This document shows, piece by piece, positions 13,034 through 29,698 of a DNA stretch of 64,000 nt (position 1 is the first letter of the stretch; each line of letters opens with the position of its first letter). The notes beneath the pieces are model-generated. The model searched no databases. It had not been told where the DNA came from and was given only the letters and a program-made list of their open reading frames with translations. The stretch is from Eledone cirrhosa (Eukaryota), in the NCBI GenBank assembly GCA_964016885.1, contig OZ024740.1, positions 165,850,001 through 165,914,000 of the forward strand, given 5' to 3'. The position numbers and the translations under genes are program-made.

Positions 13034-16000
13034 CTCTCTTTCTATTTGTATATATATATACATTCATACGTATATATATACATGTATGTATATAACAAGG
13101 AAAGTATGGGAGAGGTAGAGGTGTGAGAATGAGGCATTGTGAAGATATTTTCGAATGTATATAATTTTCTCTGAGATCACTAAACTGATAAATTATTTAA
13201 AGTCGAATTCTAGACTCTAGCCAGGATTTCTTTTTGAAACTTGCTTTTTATTAACCCAGAATATTTCTACTTCACTGAAACAAATATAGATTTGAACTGA
13301 TTTGAAAACACCCAACTGGTTTTCAATTATACGCCAATATATAACACGTAGCTTGAGGTTACATGTCATCGACTTGTCAAATTATCTTTTCCATCTCGAA
13401 TGTCTTACAAAGTGAATTCATTCAATTTATAGAAATATGCAGAACAAATGGAAATTCAAATTAGTAGTTATCATGAGTGTTGTTCAAGCCTGTAGAATGA
13501 CATTTAAGAAAGATATATATTTACTGAGTACACGCCGTTAGTTGTTAGGTTATATAAACCCCCAATACAGACACAGATAGAAACACACATAGAAACACAC
13601 ACACACGCACGCACGCGCGTGTGCGTGATGAGTTAGAATATGATGTGCTTTCACTCTTCTCACTTTTCCCTCTTTTTTATTTGTACTCTCGTTTCTTTTC
13701 AGTTTTCTTCTCACCAAATACCCTTTCTTCTTTCTGTTCATATTTTCTGATGTTGGACTATTATCAGAAACTTCAAGATTATTCCCCCCCCCCCCCCCAC
13801 ATCTCTCAAACTTTAAACTAATTGTATGTTATTACTTATATTTTTGTCATTTCTGATACATGATTTATAAGGGAAAAGGTGTAAGAAGGTCAAGTGTTCA
13901 TACTCTATTAAACCTTATTCAATCTGAATTCCCCTACTCATATTCTCTGTGCATATATGTTTGCGCACACCCTCCCACCCTAACACATATATATGCCTTG
14001 TGGGTTTCAATAACTTCTGGCGAAAGCACTGTTCTCTTTTAAGCACTCATTTATTGTCTACCTGTGAAACGAGTGGGCTCTCATCTTATATATATGTGAG
14101 TGCCCGTGTTTGTATTTAAATTTACTGTTTGTTTATGTCCCTCAACATAGCGGTTCCATAATGAGACAACTTTAAGAAGACTTAAAAAAAAAGAAGAAAA
14201 AAAACTTGATCTATTAATCCCTTCTCATGTCTTTAAAAGTAAAGTGATAAAATAAAACAATAAAATAATATACCATATCATTCTGTTCTTTTCCGTGTTA
14301 AATAAATTATTTCCTAAAAAAACATAGGGTGTGGTGACCTAAATTCCTGAAGTTAGTTGAACAATTTCATTTTAATTAGAAATACAGGTTGCGAAACCTC
14401 CTGTGGCAACCTGGTGCATTCGGCTACCAGCCAAGTCTTCGCTGTGCGTCAGGCCGAAGCGGTGAAGCTGTCAAAGAATCGGTCTCTCTCTCGGATAATT
14501 TTGTGATAGAGCATGTGGCAGTGGAGTCTTTCGGCGTTCTTGGAGCCCGAACCACATCTACTGACTGCTGTTGGGGCGATGTTGGGTATCTACAAGTGCG
14601 AGCCCTGTGAGTTGGAGTTGCTGTCTCGGCTCGTCTCCCTCCCCATTCCTCAGGGTAATGTTTTCTCCATTCTCTATACTAGGACTAGGAGGTGGACTAA
14701 CCCTTAAATAGTGAGTAGTAAACATTGGATGATTGTTTTTGTCATTAAACAATTTACAACATAATATCAGACAATTAAGCAGGAGTAGTATATATTTGAT
14801 TTCATCCTACCCAGCGACTATAGCCAGGTATAGGCTCTGTATAAATAACTAATAGGTGAATATCGTTGACGACGATGAATATTTCAATCAATTCATCAAC
14901 AGGACAGCCATCCCGTGAGGTTGAGGAACAGGTGGCAGAGCGTTCCATGGACACATCTACCCTTGGAATGTTTCTCAGGGAGATTCAGCATGAAAGTGTT
15001 TTATTCAGACACACATATTCCCCCTCTTCCACACCTACCTTCCACCATAGATACGGATCGCTAAGCGGTTTGATAGAAGCTTTATTTCTTCATTGCAATG
15101 AAGCGAGTTCCATTTTTTGCTCCTCTAAAGTAAAGCAAAGAAAATCTGTTCTTAAAGAATATTACCTCCTCTAACATGTTTTCTAGCAGAAAAACAGAAG
15201 CTATATAATTGTTTCTCAATACTTAAGGTTCATAACTTATGACTCGTGACTACTATTATATTTTACAAAACATACGTTGGGTTGAAAGTTGTATTTTAAC
15301 TGAAGCGGAGTAAGATTTTCTGATTAAAACCTTGTGTCTAGTCGTTAAAACAAAGACACAGGTTTACTGTTGTGAAATAACCTAAAAAACGTAATATATA
15401 CTAGATGAATTATTTAGTATAAAACGTTTCGAATATAATAGTTCTTATTTTATTCTTTCAAAAATATTTTTATAAATCTGCTTATATTTACCCCTACCCC
15501 TATCTTTCTGCTTCCCTCCTCCTTATTTATTGTTTTGCGTTTTTGAGAAACATGGAGAAAAATAATTATATTGATATTAAGGGGGAAAAAAATCCGAACA
15601 GCATAGAACAACAATGAGAAAAACGATATAATGTCGACAAAAGCAGATGCTTCTTTAAGAAAGACCCTGGTACTCACATACTCTAGAAAACATAGACGCT
15701 CACTCACACACAAACACACACAAAACATATACACATGCCACACTCATGCACGTATTCAAGAAAAAATGTAAACACACTGTCGATCAAAAGATGAAGTATG
15801 ACGGAAAGGAACGGGAAGATAAATACACACACACGGGCTCACACATATATAAATATATATATATATACAATAAAACTAAATCCATTTAAGAATCTGGTAT
15901 TCATACAAATCTAGGTTTTAAACTTTAAGGGAGGTTGAAGGAGTAAAAGAAGGATGGTGGGTAGCAAGGAGCAAAGGTTTCGGTGAATAGAATTAGTTGT

Positions 16001-18404
16001 ATTAGCAACAGCTGTGACTGTTCTAGTGTTCAGCAACAACAAGAAAAATAAATGAATAAATATAGGAATAAAATAAAATAAAGTATGCTCATGAGGAAAA
16101 GGTAAAGTTTGTATTATTTTTTACAGGATATGGACGTGAAACTGGCTGTCTTAAAATGATGGGAATCATTTCTAAAGGTTAAAGGTTGTCACTAGAGGGA
16201 GGGCTACAGGTTAGAGAGAGGAGTGAAGACGTGGCAGCGGTAGGAGTGAAAAGGGTAAATAGGGTATTGTTTTCTACTGTTAAACTGCCTTTTCCTTAAA
16301 ACAAACGAACGAAATGTGTTGCTACAATAATTGAACAACTCCAAAGATGGGGGCTGGAAAAATATTTGTTAAAAAATTTAGACACTTTAATGCTTCGACT
16401 TCCTACACACATGCAATATATGTATGCGTTTGACCGTGGAAGTGTATAGAACATGCTAGTTAATATCTCACTTTCTTATTGTGTAACCTTACACACGCAC
16501 GTATATATATACATACACACACACACACATATATACATAATAAGGCAGTAAATAAACATCAGAGTGTCTCTTGAATTTTTAAGAATATATAAGTTAAGGA
16601 GAATGACACAATATTAATGGAAACGTGATTAGCGGCAGAGAATAATAATGTATTAATAGTATTGGAAAATAAAGAAAGAACATATTTAAAGTAACAAAGA
16701 GCTTAATTAAATTAATTATCGAAAGTATATACAACGAAAATAATATTTGGATCAAATTGCGGTCATATTAGGGCAAGCTAATTATAAGTAAACATTCACT
16801 AATGAATATACAGTATTTATGTGTGTATTGAATGTTATTTCAATGTTAGTCTTTAACGTTTCACTAAATAGTTTGTTTTGTTTTTATTTTTTGAATTCGA
16901 AAACGTACTTATAACACCTCACTTCGCAGGTTCGTAGTTAAACGCTGTACTTCAGAATCGACAGTCCAATGACTGAAATCAGTAAATGAATAACGCTCAT
17001 ATAGTCATTGATATCTTTTTGACATTCATGCAATAGTTCAACATACATGAAATAGTTTCCAAATCATTCTTAAATTACTCTCCGTCATTTTGATATTGAG
17101 ATAAGGTAATACTGGAAATACTCTCGAAAAGACGTTATCTCTTGTGTTTTGAGTGTATATTTTCAGTCGATATGTCTGTACTGTCAGATGCTACATGTGG
17201 ATAATCAGAAATAACAACGGCACACGGTTGTAAAAGTATATATATATTATGTGGAAATCAAGCCTCACACAGACACCTCTGATTGAAGCATAGATTCAAA
17301 TAGTTAAAATCCAATATTTTACCTATGTAATCTCTTGTTTTTTATGAAATATTTTTTACTATTTTAGCAGCAAGGGAAATAGGTGGTGAGGGTGGGGCAT
17401 CACCGTATTCAGGGCTTTGCGATACTTTTAGAAATGAAGAAGGAAGTTATCCTCTAATTGGAGACCTGGCCCGTGTGTTTAGAACAGAATGGTCTCACTA
17501 AATTTGCCCATGATCGAATGGCAGTTTAAGTCTACCATATAAGCATCGGGATTTGGACTTAAAACACAAAAAGTCGGATTGAATACTCCAAAGCGTCTCA
17601 CCGATGTTCTAACGATTTCGTTAATCCTCTGGTATTTCATTTGATCGACCCTGAAAGTATGAAATGCAAAGTAGATATCGGTGGGTTTTAAACTTGGACC
17701 ACAGAGTGGCACAGCACAGAAGGCAAGTTATTTTGTCCTACACTCTAACGACTCGTCACCCTATGGAATATTAATATTACCGATATAGTAGCTTATTCTG
17801 GCTTATAGCTCAGAAAATGGATGTCTTTTTTTTATTGAACACAGAGCTGCATGGTGATTCTAAAAAAGTTTTCAGTATGTGACTTCAGGAAATTAATGCA
17901 TTAGTGAAGTCAAGTATTGAAAAAGGAAGTTAGGAATACACTTTTCTAAGTAGACTTAATAAACAGATTTTATTTTTAAAAATAGGTAAAAGTGTGTGAT
18001 TCATTTCTTCTCAGGAAAACTTGCTAACAGTGTAATTATACAATTTTAATTAACAACCATTTATAGAAAATTTTTTCTCATACATACAGAAGCGTAAAAC
18101 AGGCATATATTATTATATACGTATATTATATTAGGGCAGGCACTGGCAGAGTGATTTAAAAGTGTATTTAATAACCTTGTGGTTAAAGATTGCAACGCAG
18201 CTAATATTTTCATAAAGATTATGTTACTACAGCACGCTGAGAAGTGTTCTGATAAGAGATCATTGTTAAGGGCACATTTGGCCTGTTTGAAGTATAAACG
18301 TTGATAAAAAAAAAATGAGTACAGTTTTTAATTTTAAACTAATTTCTCTATATTTGTTTGGCAGTTATTTAATTGTTTTTTTTTCTTCTTTCATTTCGTT
18401 TTAG

Positions 18405-18701
18405 TTTCGGTCTTTGGAGAAGATTCCTTCTACTTCAGCACGATGCCAAAAAGTCAAGATGTAGTGGAAGGTTCCGATTTAACAATCAATTGCGATGTAT
18501 CCGACCGGCAACATATAGTTTTCCAATGGATGTTTCGTGGTAAACTTTTGGCTAATACAAGTCGGCGCTTTCAGGACAACAGTAACCTACGGATTTTACG
18601 AATTAGTCAAGAAGGTGACGACGGTCCATTTACATGCATTGCAACAAATGTAACCACTGGTTTTTCCTTACAGAGTTCAAATGCTCGTCTCAACATTCAA
18701 T
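18405..18701 (+). CDS. PTK7: Internal coding exon: first Ig-like domain of a PTK7/off-track-like receptor pseudokinase
   Basis: Polypyrimidine tract and ttag acceptor end at 18404; gtaagt donor at 18702; 297 nt, phase 1-1. Translation (x)SVFGEDSFYFSTMPKSQDVVEGSDLTINCDVSDRQHIVFQWMFRGKLLANTSRRFQDNSNLRILRISQEGDDGPFTCIATNVTTGFSLQSSNARLNIQ(W) has the Ig C..W..DxGxFxC pattern and resembles PTK7 Ig1 as I recall it (SQD, TxRRF, TG..S.NA..NI.W). No other exon was recognised in the window. Confidence 0.8.
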
Positions 18702-19576
18702 GTAAGTACAATTGATAAGTTTTTGGGGGAGTGGGATGAGATGGGGGAATTTCTTTTATTGATATTTTCATTTTATATTTATATTTTTTGTCGATTTAAA
18801 ATCCCGCGGTCCGCCTTGACCTTCTATCTTACAGAATCGATAAAATAATGTAGTGGTCAAGTACTGGGTCGATTTTTTCGATTTTCTCCTCCTTCTTAAC
18901 TAGAAACCGTATTTATATTGATTGTATTTTTGTTATGTATGGGGATATAAGGACTTGACGACAGCTTCGATTAAAAAGGGTGCCTGCCATCTTTCTATAT
19001 AAAAACAATTAATGACAGAAAACACTATTTTATATATTTTAACTATAATATACGAGATATGTGTGTGAGTGTAGCATTTGCGTGTTTAATACAGATATCA
19101 ATGCAAATACTATGCCATAGATAGTGAGTTTGTAATAGTTGATGATACTATACAATTTTTTATTATGTAACAAGATACCCATATTGACACCCTTCAATAT
19201 CAGACAAAATTCTTAAAGTTGTTTCAGTTAAATGATAACAGAAAACATGTTCCTTTATATACTACTCTGAATTAATGCTTCAGATAAATTTTTAATATTT
19301 CAGTAGCAGAGGCGACTGTTTTAGATTTATATAGAGAATGTACTGTTTCCAGTCATTAGATATAATTAGATACCGCGCCTGTTAATTTCAACTTGTCTAA
19401 TTTTAAGGCTTGTATATAGTGATTTCTATTGGGAAAATAAAATAAAAGCAAATGATTAATCATGGACATCTCCAGAATATTCTACTTGAAGTCCAATTCT
19501 ATCAAAGCTACATCTATTCAGATGTAAATTAGTGAAAAAGATGAGTACGTTACCATGTGTTGTACAGATTATTTTG

Positions 19577-19626
<50 letters not shown>

Positions 19627-19628
<2 letters not shown>

Positions 19629-19894
19629 CCAAAAGTTAAACAAGGTTAATTGATTAATCAATGAATATAGTTTTACAATAGATTAAAAGCACTCAACAAA
19701 AAAGTTTTCTGGAGTTATTAATTGACTGCCAAGACTGGAATTGAACCATCAGCACAGTTTAGGTATGTCATACATCAATTTATATATTTTATCTGATGAT
19801 GACGTACTGAAGAAACAGCACAAACCTCCGAAATATATATAATAGAATGTATTTGATTACATGAATGTACTGTCTATATTTATTAATATTTTGA

Positions 19895-19898
<4 letters not shown>
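19627..19898. repeat. PLE-end-like fragment in (TA)n with a degenerate hammerhead
   Basis: tat-CTGATGA...GAAA-tatata-TA-ata at ~19791-19843; the 5' part (ttttacaatagatta.aagcactc) and the end (atttattaatattttgaat) are shared with 48778-49085. Confidence 0.6.
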
Positions 19899-19939
<41 letters not shown>

Positions 19940-19944
19940 AATTT

Positions 19945-20167
19945 AATAATGGTTTCTTATATAGGCATAAGGCCAGTGATTTGGGGGAAGGGGAAAGTCG
20001 ATTAAATCGACCCCAGTACGTTACTGGTGCTTTATTTTATCGTCCCCGTAAGGATGAAAGGCAAAGATAGCCTCGGCGGGATTTGAACTTAGACCGTAAA
20101 GGACCGTAACTCTATTCTGCAAAGCATGGCGTCTGACTCTCTACCGATACTGCCAATCCACCGCCCT
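19945..20167 (-). mobile_element. tRNA-derived SINE (longer-3' subfamily)
   Basis: Reverse complement of the SINE consensus with an extra ctggggtcgatttaatcgac segment. Confidence 0.85.
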
Positions 20168-21629
20168 CATATGAGTTTAATAATAATAACAGTGTTGCTA
20201 CTATTGGGTATAGACTTAACCAGAAGGTTTAAAGCTCAATGCAGTAGGGTTATGTTTTTATAATCTCACATCCTCGGGATGAATCTCTATCAGTTAAAAC
20301 ATGTATTAGTTTGACAGCATATCGACGCTTTGGTGTCTATAATTCTTTATATATATACGTACATGTATACGCCATGCTTCTGTAGTTTTCATCAACCAAA
20401 TTTCACTCACCACACATTAATCAGTCCGAGGCTGCAGTAGAAGACACTTGTCCAAGAGGACACGCAATGGGAGAGAAACTAAGTTTGCTGTGCTGTCTTG
20501 TCATTGTTCTTTGATTGAAGAACGAAGGAGAAAGAAACATGAAATAAGCAATTATCATATATTTCTATTTCATTACAAAACTGGCAATCAGATGAAATAT
20601 TTACTAGCCTTGTGTTGAATTATTTAACCATGGTGCTTTCATCCATAATATAACCCTGCACTGAACATACGCAATGTCGTCCGATATTATGTTATTGTAA
20701 GCGTGAAATAGCATCATAAAACCCGGAAGTTTACGGTGAAAAAACCTAATCCTTTTTGGATCGTCGAGTAATTACACTTTATAACTGAAGTGTCTAGTTA
20801 ATCCATTCAACTATGAAATAAAATTTGTCTTCGAAAAGAATCAAAAGCCTATTTTTTTGTTTGTTTTTGTTTTCTAGCACGTTTTGTTTCCATGATTTAT
20901 CCACAGATTGGTGCTTTTAGCGATGCGTTTGGTGTCTCTGATGAAGAATCTTGACAAACCGATCACCTGCATAATAGAAATTCTAAAACCAGTTAATAAC
21001 GAATGATTTTCATTTGACTTTGTTACGACGACTATTACAACTATTTATTTCATTCAGTTCCGTCATCGCTAGTCTCAACCATTGTTGTCTTTTATGTTCG
21101 CATTCAGTCTTCACTGTAAAAGAAATATGATTTCAATTAGAAGACTGAGAATTTAATGTGGTTTTCATTCAGTGGAAATAGCTTCTCGTCTTCAATGACT
21201 AATTTTATGGTGAATTATAAGAAACTGATTTGTTTCTATGGGACAAGAGTCGTCGGACGTCACCTGTTATTGACATGTCAACATGGCATTAATATATTTG
21301 GGATGCATTTGCACCGAATGGTCTAGATGTTCAAACCTGATTACAGTGATTGCAATTGAAATAAATATCGTCATGTGACATTTTTCTTCGGAATTTGAAG
21401 ATGAAAGCATACATATATATATGCATATGTGTGTTTGTGTGTGTTTGTGTGTGTATCTATATATATATATTTCTCATCATCGCATATCGTCTGCTTTTCC
21501 ACGTTTCTGTTTGTAGCGAAAGTTCTATCAGTTTTTTAAGACTCTAAAAAGTCAATATCAAATTTATTTAATCATTAATGTAGTCATCATTCTTTTCTAT
21601 GACCTCTCTCTATTTTTCAATAAGCTTTA

Positions 21630-22660
21630 TAATGGCGTGTTCATAAAAATTATTTAGGTTTTGAACTAAAAAAGGAAACTGACTCATGTTTGACTACTTC
21701 TCTTGAAGTAAGTCTTAATCCACTCAAATTGTTTGCAAATTTCTAAAGAGATGGTAACATGTAGGTGCGAGGTCCGGGGAATATGGGGATTCATGCATAA
21801 TTTTCCAGGCATATTTTTCAAGATCTTTGATCTTTTGTGCAGCCTTATCATAATGGAGGATGGCTCTTTTCAGTTTGCTAATGATGGACATTTTTTCTGC
21901 AAAGCTGTTTTAAACATCAAAGTTGTTGACAATAGACTTCGGCTGTTATTGTTTTATTATATGTCTAGCAGCAGAGGATAAAATATCTCCCCTTATAACC
22001 CACAACACACATAAAAGAATCTTCCTTGGATGTAGGTAGCTCAGCTGGCTCTTCACCACGACTGAGCCACTGACGTATTCGCTTAACATTATGGTATCCA
22101 TTTCCCCTCTCCAGTAATGATTCTATAAAAAAGGCATTTGCAGATCACGAGAACGCAACGATACACACCAGTCAATACGTTGTTTCCAATGCAGAGAGAT
22201 CATGCAGAAACGATTTTCCAAAATTTGACACTTTACCAAGCCTTTTTAATTCACGATGAATGATGCTATGGCTCACATTGAAATCCGGGCTTAGTTCCGA
22301 AGTGTAACGTTCGAGTGTGCACAAACAGCAGCTTCCAATGCATCAGAATCCAGACCTTTTAGACGCCATTAACTTGATTTGTTGTAGCCTTTTCTGAATT
22401 GTGAAAACCATCTCTTGAATGTTCTTTGTTATCACATCATATCCATAAATGTTTTGGAGTGATTTGCACTATTATGTGTTTGGAATTCATAAAATATAGT
22501 ATGACGAATGTGTTCTTTACTTGGAGTGAACATGGCGCCGAAACAACAGCAAAATTAAAGATAGATTCTTCAAAATCTGAGAGAAAATGAAGCATACGAA
22601 TGATTTCTCCATACTCCAAATTTAATTGTTGAGAAGTAAGTCACCTTTAAATATAACACG
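21630..22660 (-). mobile_element. Decayed mariner transposon (different family)
   Basis: Minus-strand fragments WFSQFRKG, RIITGEGKWI (TGDEKW motif) and SPYSPDLAPTCYHL; boundaries approximate. Confidence 0.8.
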
Positions 22661-22976
22661 TGAATAACTTTAAAAGAAACAGACTGAACTTTCGTTAAAA
22701 CATGATATATATATATATATATATATGAATATGAATATGAAAACAAACGTGCTGCGTAGTTGCAAATGGGTTACATATGAATAAAGTTAGTCCTTCATCA
22801 GTGATCTTCCAACCTTCATTGGTATTTCATCGCTTTAAAGACCATATACCTCCGGTTGGTGAAAGCAACGGCTAAAGAAAGTCATAGGGACACGTAAATA
22901 AGGGGAACGAGCGAGACTGTAAACAAACAAAGAAGGTAAAGCAACGAAAAGTGAGGAAGAAAGAATATATATATAT

Positions 22977-23033
22977 TCAGAATTAGCCGTCGAAACGGCT
23001 TCAGCTCAGCCGTCGGGGTCCTACTCGTGCCTA
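22977..23033 (+). repeat. Short PLE 3'-end fragment (half-hammerhead)
   Basis: tcagaattagccgtcgaaacggcttcagctcagccgtcggggtcctactcgtgccta, near-identical to the 12880-12935 arm; followed by a 1.2-kb TA array. Confidence 0.8.
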
Positions 23034-24281
<1,248 letters not shown>

Positions 24282-25978
24282 CTATATATGACTATACCTG
24301 TATGCACGTGCGTGATTGCGTGCATTATTAGTGTTTTTCTATAGGGGTTCTGCACTATATTTGATACACGTCAGTCTATATCAAATTTGTGACATTACTG
24401 ACATTTTAAGTAATCAGCTCATTATTCTTTCTTGAAAGATCATATGTTATTAACGATATTTAATATATTGCGTGATAGAAATTTAGTGATTTCTTTAATG
24501 ATGAAAAAAGAGAAAGAGTGTCTGAGAGAAAGAATGACATCATCCATATTACGGCTACCATCATCAACATCATTGTGGGTAACAGCTATAACAATTGCTT
24601 TTAAATCACTCGACAAGTCCGATATGAAGAAATATTTTAATTAAATTAATTACTCAATATGTCATCAACTCATTAAATGTTGTATTCCTTAATACATGTA
24701 CATACTCGCAATTTTTCCCAACACTCTGCCCTGCTTTCTTTTATCTGTGGTTTCCTTTATATTACTGTTTCCTTCTTCGTTTAGACTCCTTCAGTATTTC
24801 TGTCTTTCTTTATATGCTTCTTCATTACCACATGCATTTACATTTATCTCTCGAAAATCATCTTTGTTTTTCTCTGAGCCTATTTAATTTATCTTTACAC
24901 TCACAACAATTCTAATTCGCTCTACATTTTCTTGCATATAGTCTATTCATAATGTTGCATATAATTATTGTGGTAATAGTTTTAGCTTCTAAAAGGTTCG
25001 TGTCTTATAAAATCAATGAGACTTAAATTAAATATACATCTGTCCTCACTCGACAGTATATCATAAAATAACACACATACACGTACAAACAGACAAACAC
25101 TCGCACACGCATTCGTTTTCACACAATCACACACACAAACATATCTAATATCGAGCCAAGCGTGTTGGTGCTGAAGTGATGGCTGAGAGACTCAATCGTC
25201 TTGTGTAAATTACTGGCTTGTAATTAAAGATTAAGTGAACATGTCCTGTGAATTAAAAGTGAAGCAAGTACATTTTCTGCTTCACACACAAAGATGAGTT
25301 TGAATATAGTATCTGTCTGAAAAATGATCTAGCAAGATGTATATGTTAAGCGATTCAGCGTACCATTTATTCTCCGATAATTTTACACATATATTTACTA
25401 AGCACGAAAGCCCCATACAACTTGTTATAGAAGCTTTTTAAAGAAGACAATAAGCCTGAGGAGTACGACTAATAAGAAAAACCATATAATTATGTTAGTT
25501 TGAAGAATGGTTCTGATATCGATTAATGATAGCAAAGAAAAGTATTATGGATATAGGCAGGGGCTCGCATGTATATATAATATAACATCTGGAGAGTCAC
25601 ACAGGAGCCGGACCACGAATTCATATGAGTGGAAGACGTAAATTGATCCGTGGTTGCTGGAAATACTAGACTCTTTATCAGTAATTAGGACGCTCTATAA
25701 CGAAAGCCAAGCATTTAAAGTAATGACAAATTTGATATGAATAAATTGATCCAGATGTAGGTAAGCTACTTCGAATATATTAATATCTTCATCACATTTA
25801 ACCCCAATTTTGCTGTTCGTTAAAAATATTATTATAACCATTGATACACAATGCCAAAGATTTATTAGAAAGGTTTATGTTGTGTAAGTTGTAAAATATT
25901 TCGGTAAATATTAGTAAAATTAAGCAGTACACACACACACACGCGCGCCCGAACACACACACACACGAACACGCACAC

Positions 25979-26046
<68 letters not shown>

Positions 26047-27185
26047 TCTTTGGGAATGCCACGACAGCATTGGTCAGTTGTATCATCCAATCTTCAATTT
26101 CTTAAAAGACAAAAACAAATAAATAAATGAAATTACAGTTCACTTCTTTATATACGCTGTATATCCAGGCAGGAATTCCTCATAGAAAACTAATAATTTA
26201 AAAATAAGATGTGTGTGTTTGTGTAAGACAAATAGCAGATCATATTATCCTTGGAAATATAATAGAATATTATTTTAGATATAAATTACAGTGACAGTTA
26301 ATGTCATACTGACCGGATTCATCCGGAAATGTAAGAAAAAATATCACATACGTATTTAGTTTGAATCGTATTACTAGCTGCTTTGTTTTATTTTTTCTTT
26401 CCTATATCATCGACTTCACTGGCGCCAGGATGTCAGTTGGAGCCCTTAACGCTGTTGAAATACCCAGAAAAACTTTAACATTAGATGCTCTTAGATCATT
26501 GGCAGCAACCATAAAAATAGCGCCGAGGGTAAGGTTCACGCACTATGATAGCAAACAACTAGTAAATACGACGTTCAGAGTCCTTTTAGTATTTTAGTAT
26601 GTTGATAAGTAAGGTCAGACCAATTTGCCAAGCTGGAGTTAAGTTACGATATATTTCAATTTGTTTACTTATATACATGCTATATCTTACCACATGTAAA
26701 CGTGTGCGAATAAAGGTATACCCCGAGAGACAGATATATATATGCGTACGAATGTATATATCTGCGTGAATACAAAACCGAGAAATATGTGTATATCCGA
26801 TTCCTGAATGACTTAGTCTATTAGTCCTACATAGTTTTAGCTCTGTACGCCCTGCGTTCAAAAACCACCGATGTCCATGTTACTACTTCGATAAATCCGC
26901 CCTCTCTTTCTATGGTTTTCTCACTTTTAAACATGGATAGATGTGCAGAATGATACACACCACAATACGGCAGACTGAATACAGACGTTCTCTTTCTCAA
27001 ACACTTTTTCACTTTCCTTCCTGTTCTCGTTCTTTATATTTATATCGTTTTTAATTCTAATTTCCGATGAAGGACTAGCGTCCGAAATGGGAAGACTTTT
27101 TCCCTACTATATCAAGCGTTAAACATATTTCTTCATTGTCCCGTGTTGTTCCATTTGTTATTCTCGTTTACTTTCTACGCACGCG

Positions 27186-27269
<84 letters not shown>

Positions 27270-28230
27270 CACGAGGAACGACTGAAAAGTTTTGAGCCTC
27301 CAAGAAACGGTAGCATATACAAATATTTTATTGTTTTACTTTTCAACATAGTCTCCCTTTGAATTCACTTACTTCTTCCACCGGTACTGAAGTAGAACTC
27401 CTTAGTTTCGTCCTCCAGGTAGGCACCCACAGCATCTTTCATATCATCCTTTGTGGTATAGTGGATGAGGGACGAGATGGAACCTATAGCAACAGATTGT
27501 TGCCGTTGCCACCGCCGATGCGTGGGAAGGAGCATCGTCATCTTGGAATAAAGACCCTTTCCTCAGTAAACCTCGCTTCTTCTTCTTGAGATTCTCACGC
27601 AGACATTTAAGCAGATTAACGTAGTATTTTTCCGGTGATGGTGTGAACATTTGGGATATAATCTACCAACACGCTAATGGTATGACATTTGCCTTCTTCG
27701 CGTTGGCTGAGGATTGGTACTTCCACAGTTCAGACTGCTCTTTTGTTTCAGGTTGGTAGTGATGGACGCAGGTCTCGTCCATGGTTACAAATCGTGTCAG
27801 AAAATCTTAAAATGTTCCAAATTGTTGGGGGACATTGGTGCGACGAGTGTGCTTTTGTTCTTCTTTCAAAAGACGTAGAATCCAGCGTGCAGACGCCTTT
27901 CACAAACCAAGCCCTTTAGTCAGAATGTGATTGGTTCCCTCCTGGAAGATGCCTAACATGATTGCTATCTGGCGAGATGACAGTCGAGGAACCCCCGTCA
28001 CTATTCCAAGGAGAAGCTCTGGTGTTGTCACTGTTGATGGCCTCCTAGACGTCGCGTAAAATTCCACACCTTCCTAAGCATGCTTGACTTCATTGGCCCA
28101 GCATTTGCCCATAGGCATCTTCCCCTAATGTGTTTTGCATGTGCTTATGGATCTCAACCGGGATTATGCCTTTCAACTGCAGATACTTGATCACTACTCA
28201 ATACTCGAGTTTCTTCACTTTTCATAAAAC
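27270..28230 (-). mobile_element. Decayed mariner transposon
   Basis: Minus-strand fragments VIKYLQLKGIIPVEIH, SARWILRLL (WVPRLL motif), VTMDETCVHHYQPETKEQS, DDAPSH, HLVPHPLY; TIR-like TA-cacgaggaacgactgaaaagtt at the left end. Confidence 0.85.
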
Positions 28231-28488
28231 GCCTGAGTACATCAAATTTAAGAATCTGCGAAAAGAAATGACACCTGGCTAGCATTGTATGAACATATCG
28301 CAGATTTCACAGCCAAATTTCATACACACACGCACACGCACGCACACGCATATATATGAATGTATGTATGTGAATGGGAGTCGGTATTTGAATTCAGCTT
28401 GTGAAGTTGTGAAGAGTGACGAGTTTATCTGTTCGGTGTAAGGAAGGGTATCTGGGCGTTTACTTGCACGTGTATATGTGTGTAACAA

Positions 28489-28596
<108 letters not shown>

Positions 28597-28627
28597 GCCC
28601 GTACACACACGCGCACATAAACGCCCG

Positions 28628-28707
<80 letters not shown>

Positions 28708-29496
28708 CATGCATATATTTAGTTACAGAATCATGTTTATATATTATTAAGTGATACATATGCTGCACAAACTAATCCTATGTCAGTATTAGTATACTTT
28801 TTATGCATCTGCATATATTTATAAATGTTATGTAATACATTCACCTATATGTCTTCATATGTGTGTACATACTGACATGTATAATCATTCATGTGGAAGA
28901 GAAAAATATATATAGATAGATCGATAGAAAGAGAAAGGAACAGAGAGAGTAAGAAGCAATGTTCTTGCAAGGGATATCAGTACGATAGTTAGATATAGAT
29001 ATTTAGATAGTTTTAGATACATAGTTAAAATAAGTTTTCATTGTCGATAGAGAAAGGTAATGCATGTACACATGCATACACACACAAAGACACACACACA
29101 GACACATATGTGAGCGCGCACATGGGGGACTATTTCTAGCCCCTCTCCTGGTGATACCTCTCTAGTTTTTTTAATCTAACCTTTATCACTACTAACTTAC
29201 TTTTTATCTGACTTTAGGGACAACAATATCTTTCGAATTGGCATTTATCTCATGTACATACACATAAACACCGACATTCATTGTGAAACTCCCAATTTAC
29301 ACATACACGCAGAGACATATATATAGTTATACCCAAACGTACACTAATTACCCCGGTATAATTATACATAAAACACACGTACGAGGTCCATACATACATG
29401 TGTATACTTTTTTTATATTACGACCGCCACAAAAACACACAAACCGAAACGCATTAACATTAAGGCACGTACACATTCCAAATGCAATTTATATTG

Positions 29497-29698
29497 TACG
29501 AGGGTGAGCTGAAATATTCATAGGCTGCCAATGAACTAATAATGCTAGAGCTGTGAAATCTTTCATGCAATAATTTCAACTCTTCTTATAAATAAATGTA
29601 TTGTCTCTTTCTAGGGATTATATTAAAAAATAAACTTCCTTTGGACATAATATGAAAATATCTTGGTCAGCCTAAACACTTTTCAGTCGATCATAGTA
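29497..29698. mobile_element. Mariner-type MITE, decayed
   Basis: TA-flanked imperfect TIRs tacgagggtgagctgaaatattcataggctg / cagcctaaacacttttcagtcgatcatagta. Confidence 0.6.

Noticed and set aside
20936-21000. Additional hammerhead (CTGATGAagaat..attctAAAA)
   Set aside because: GAAA and stem I are not intact; too degenerate to call.
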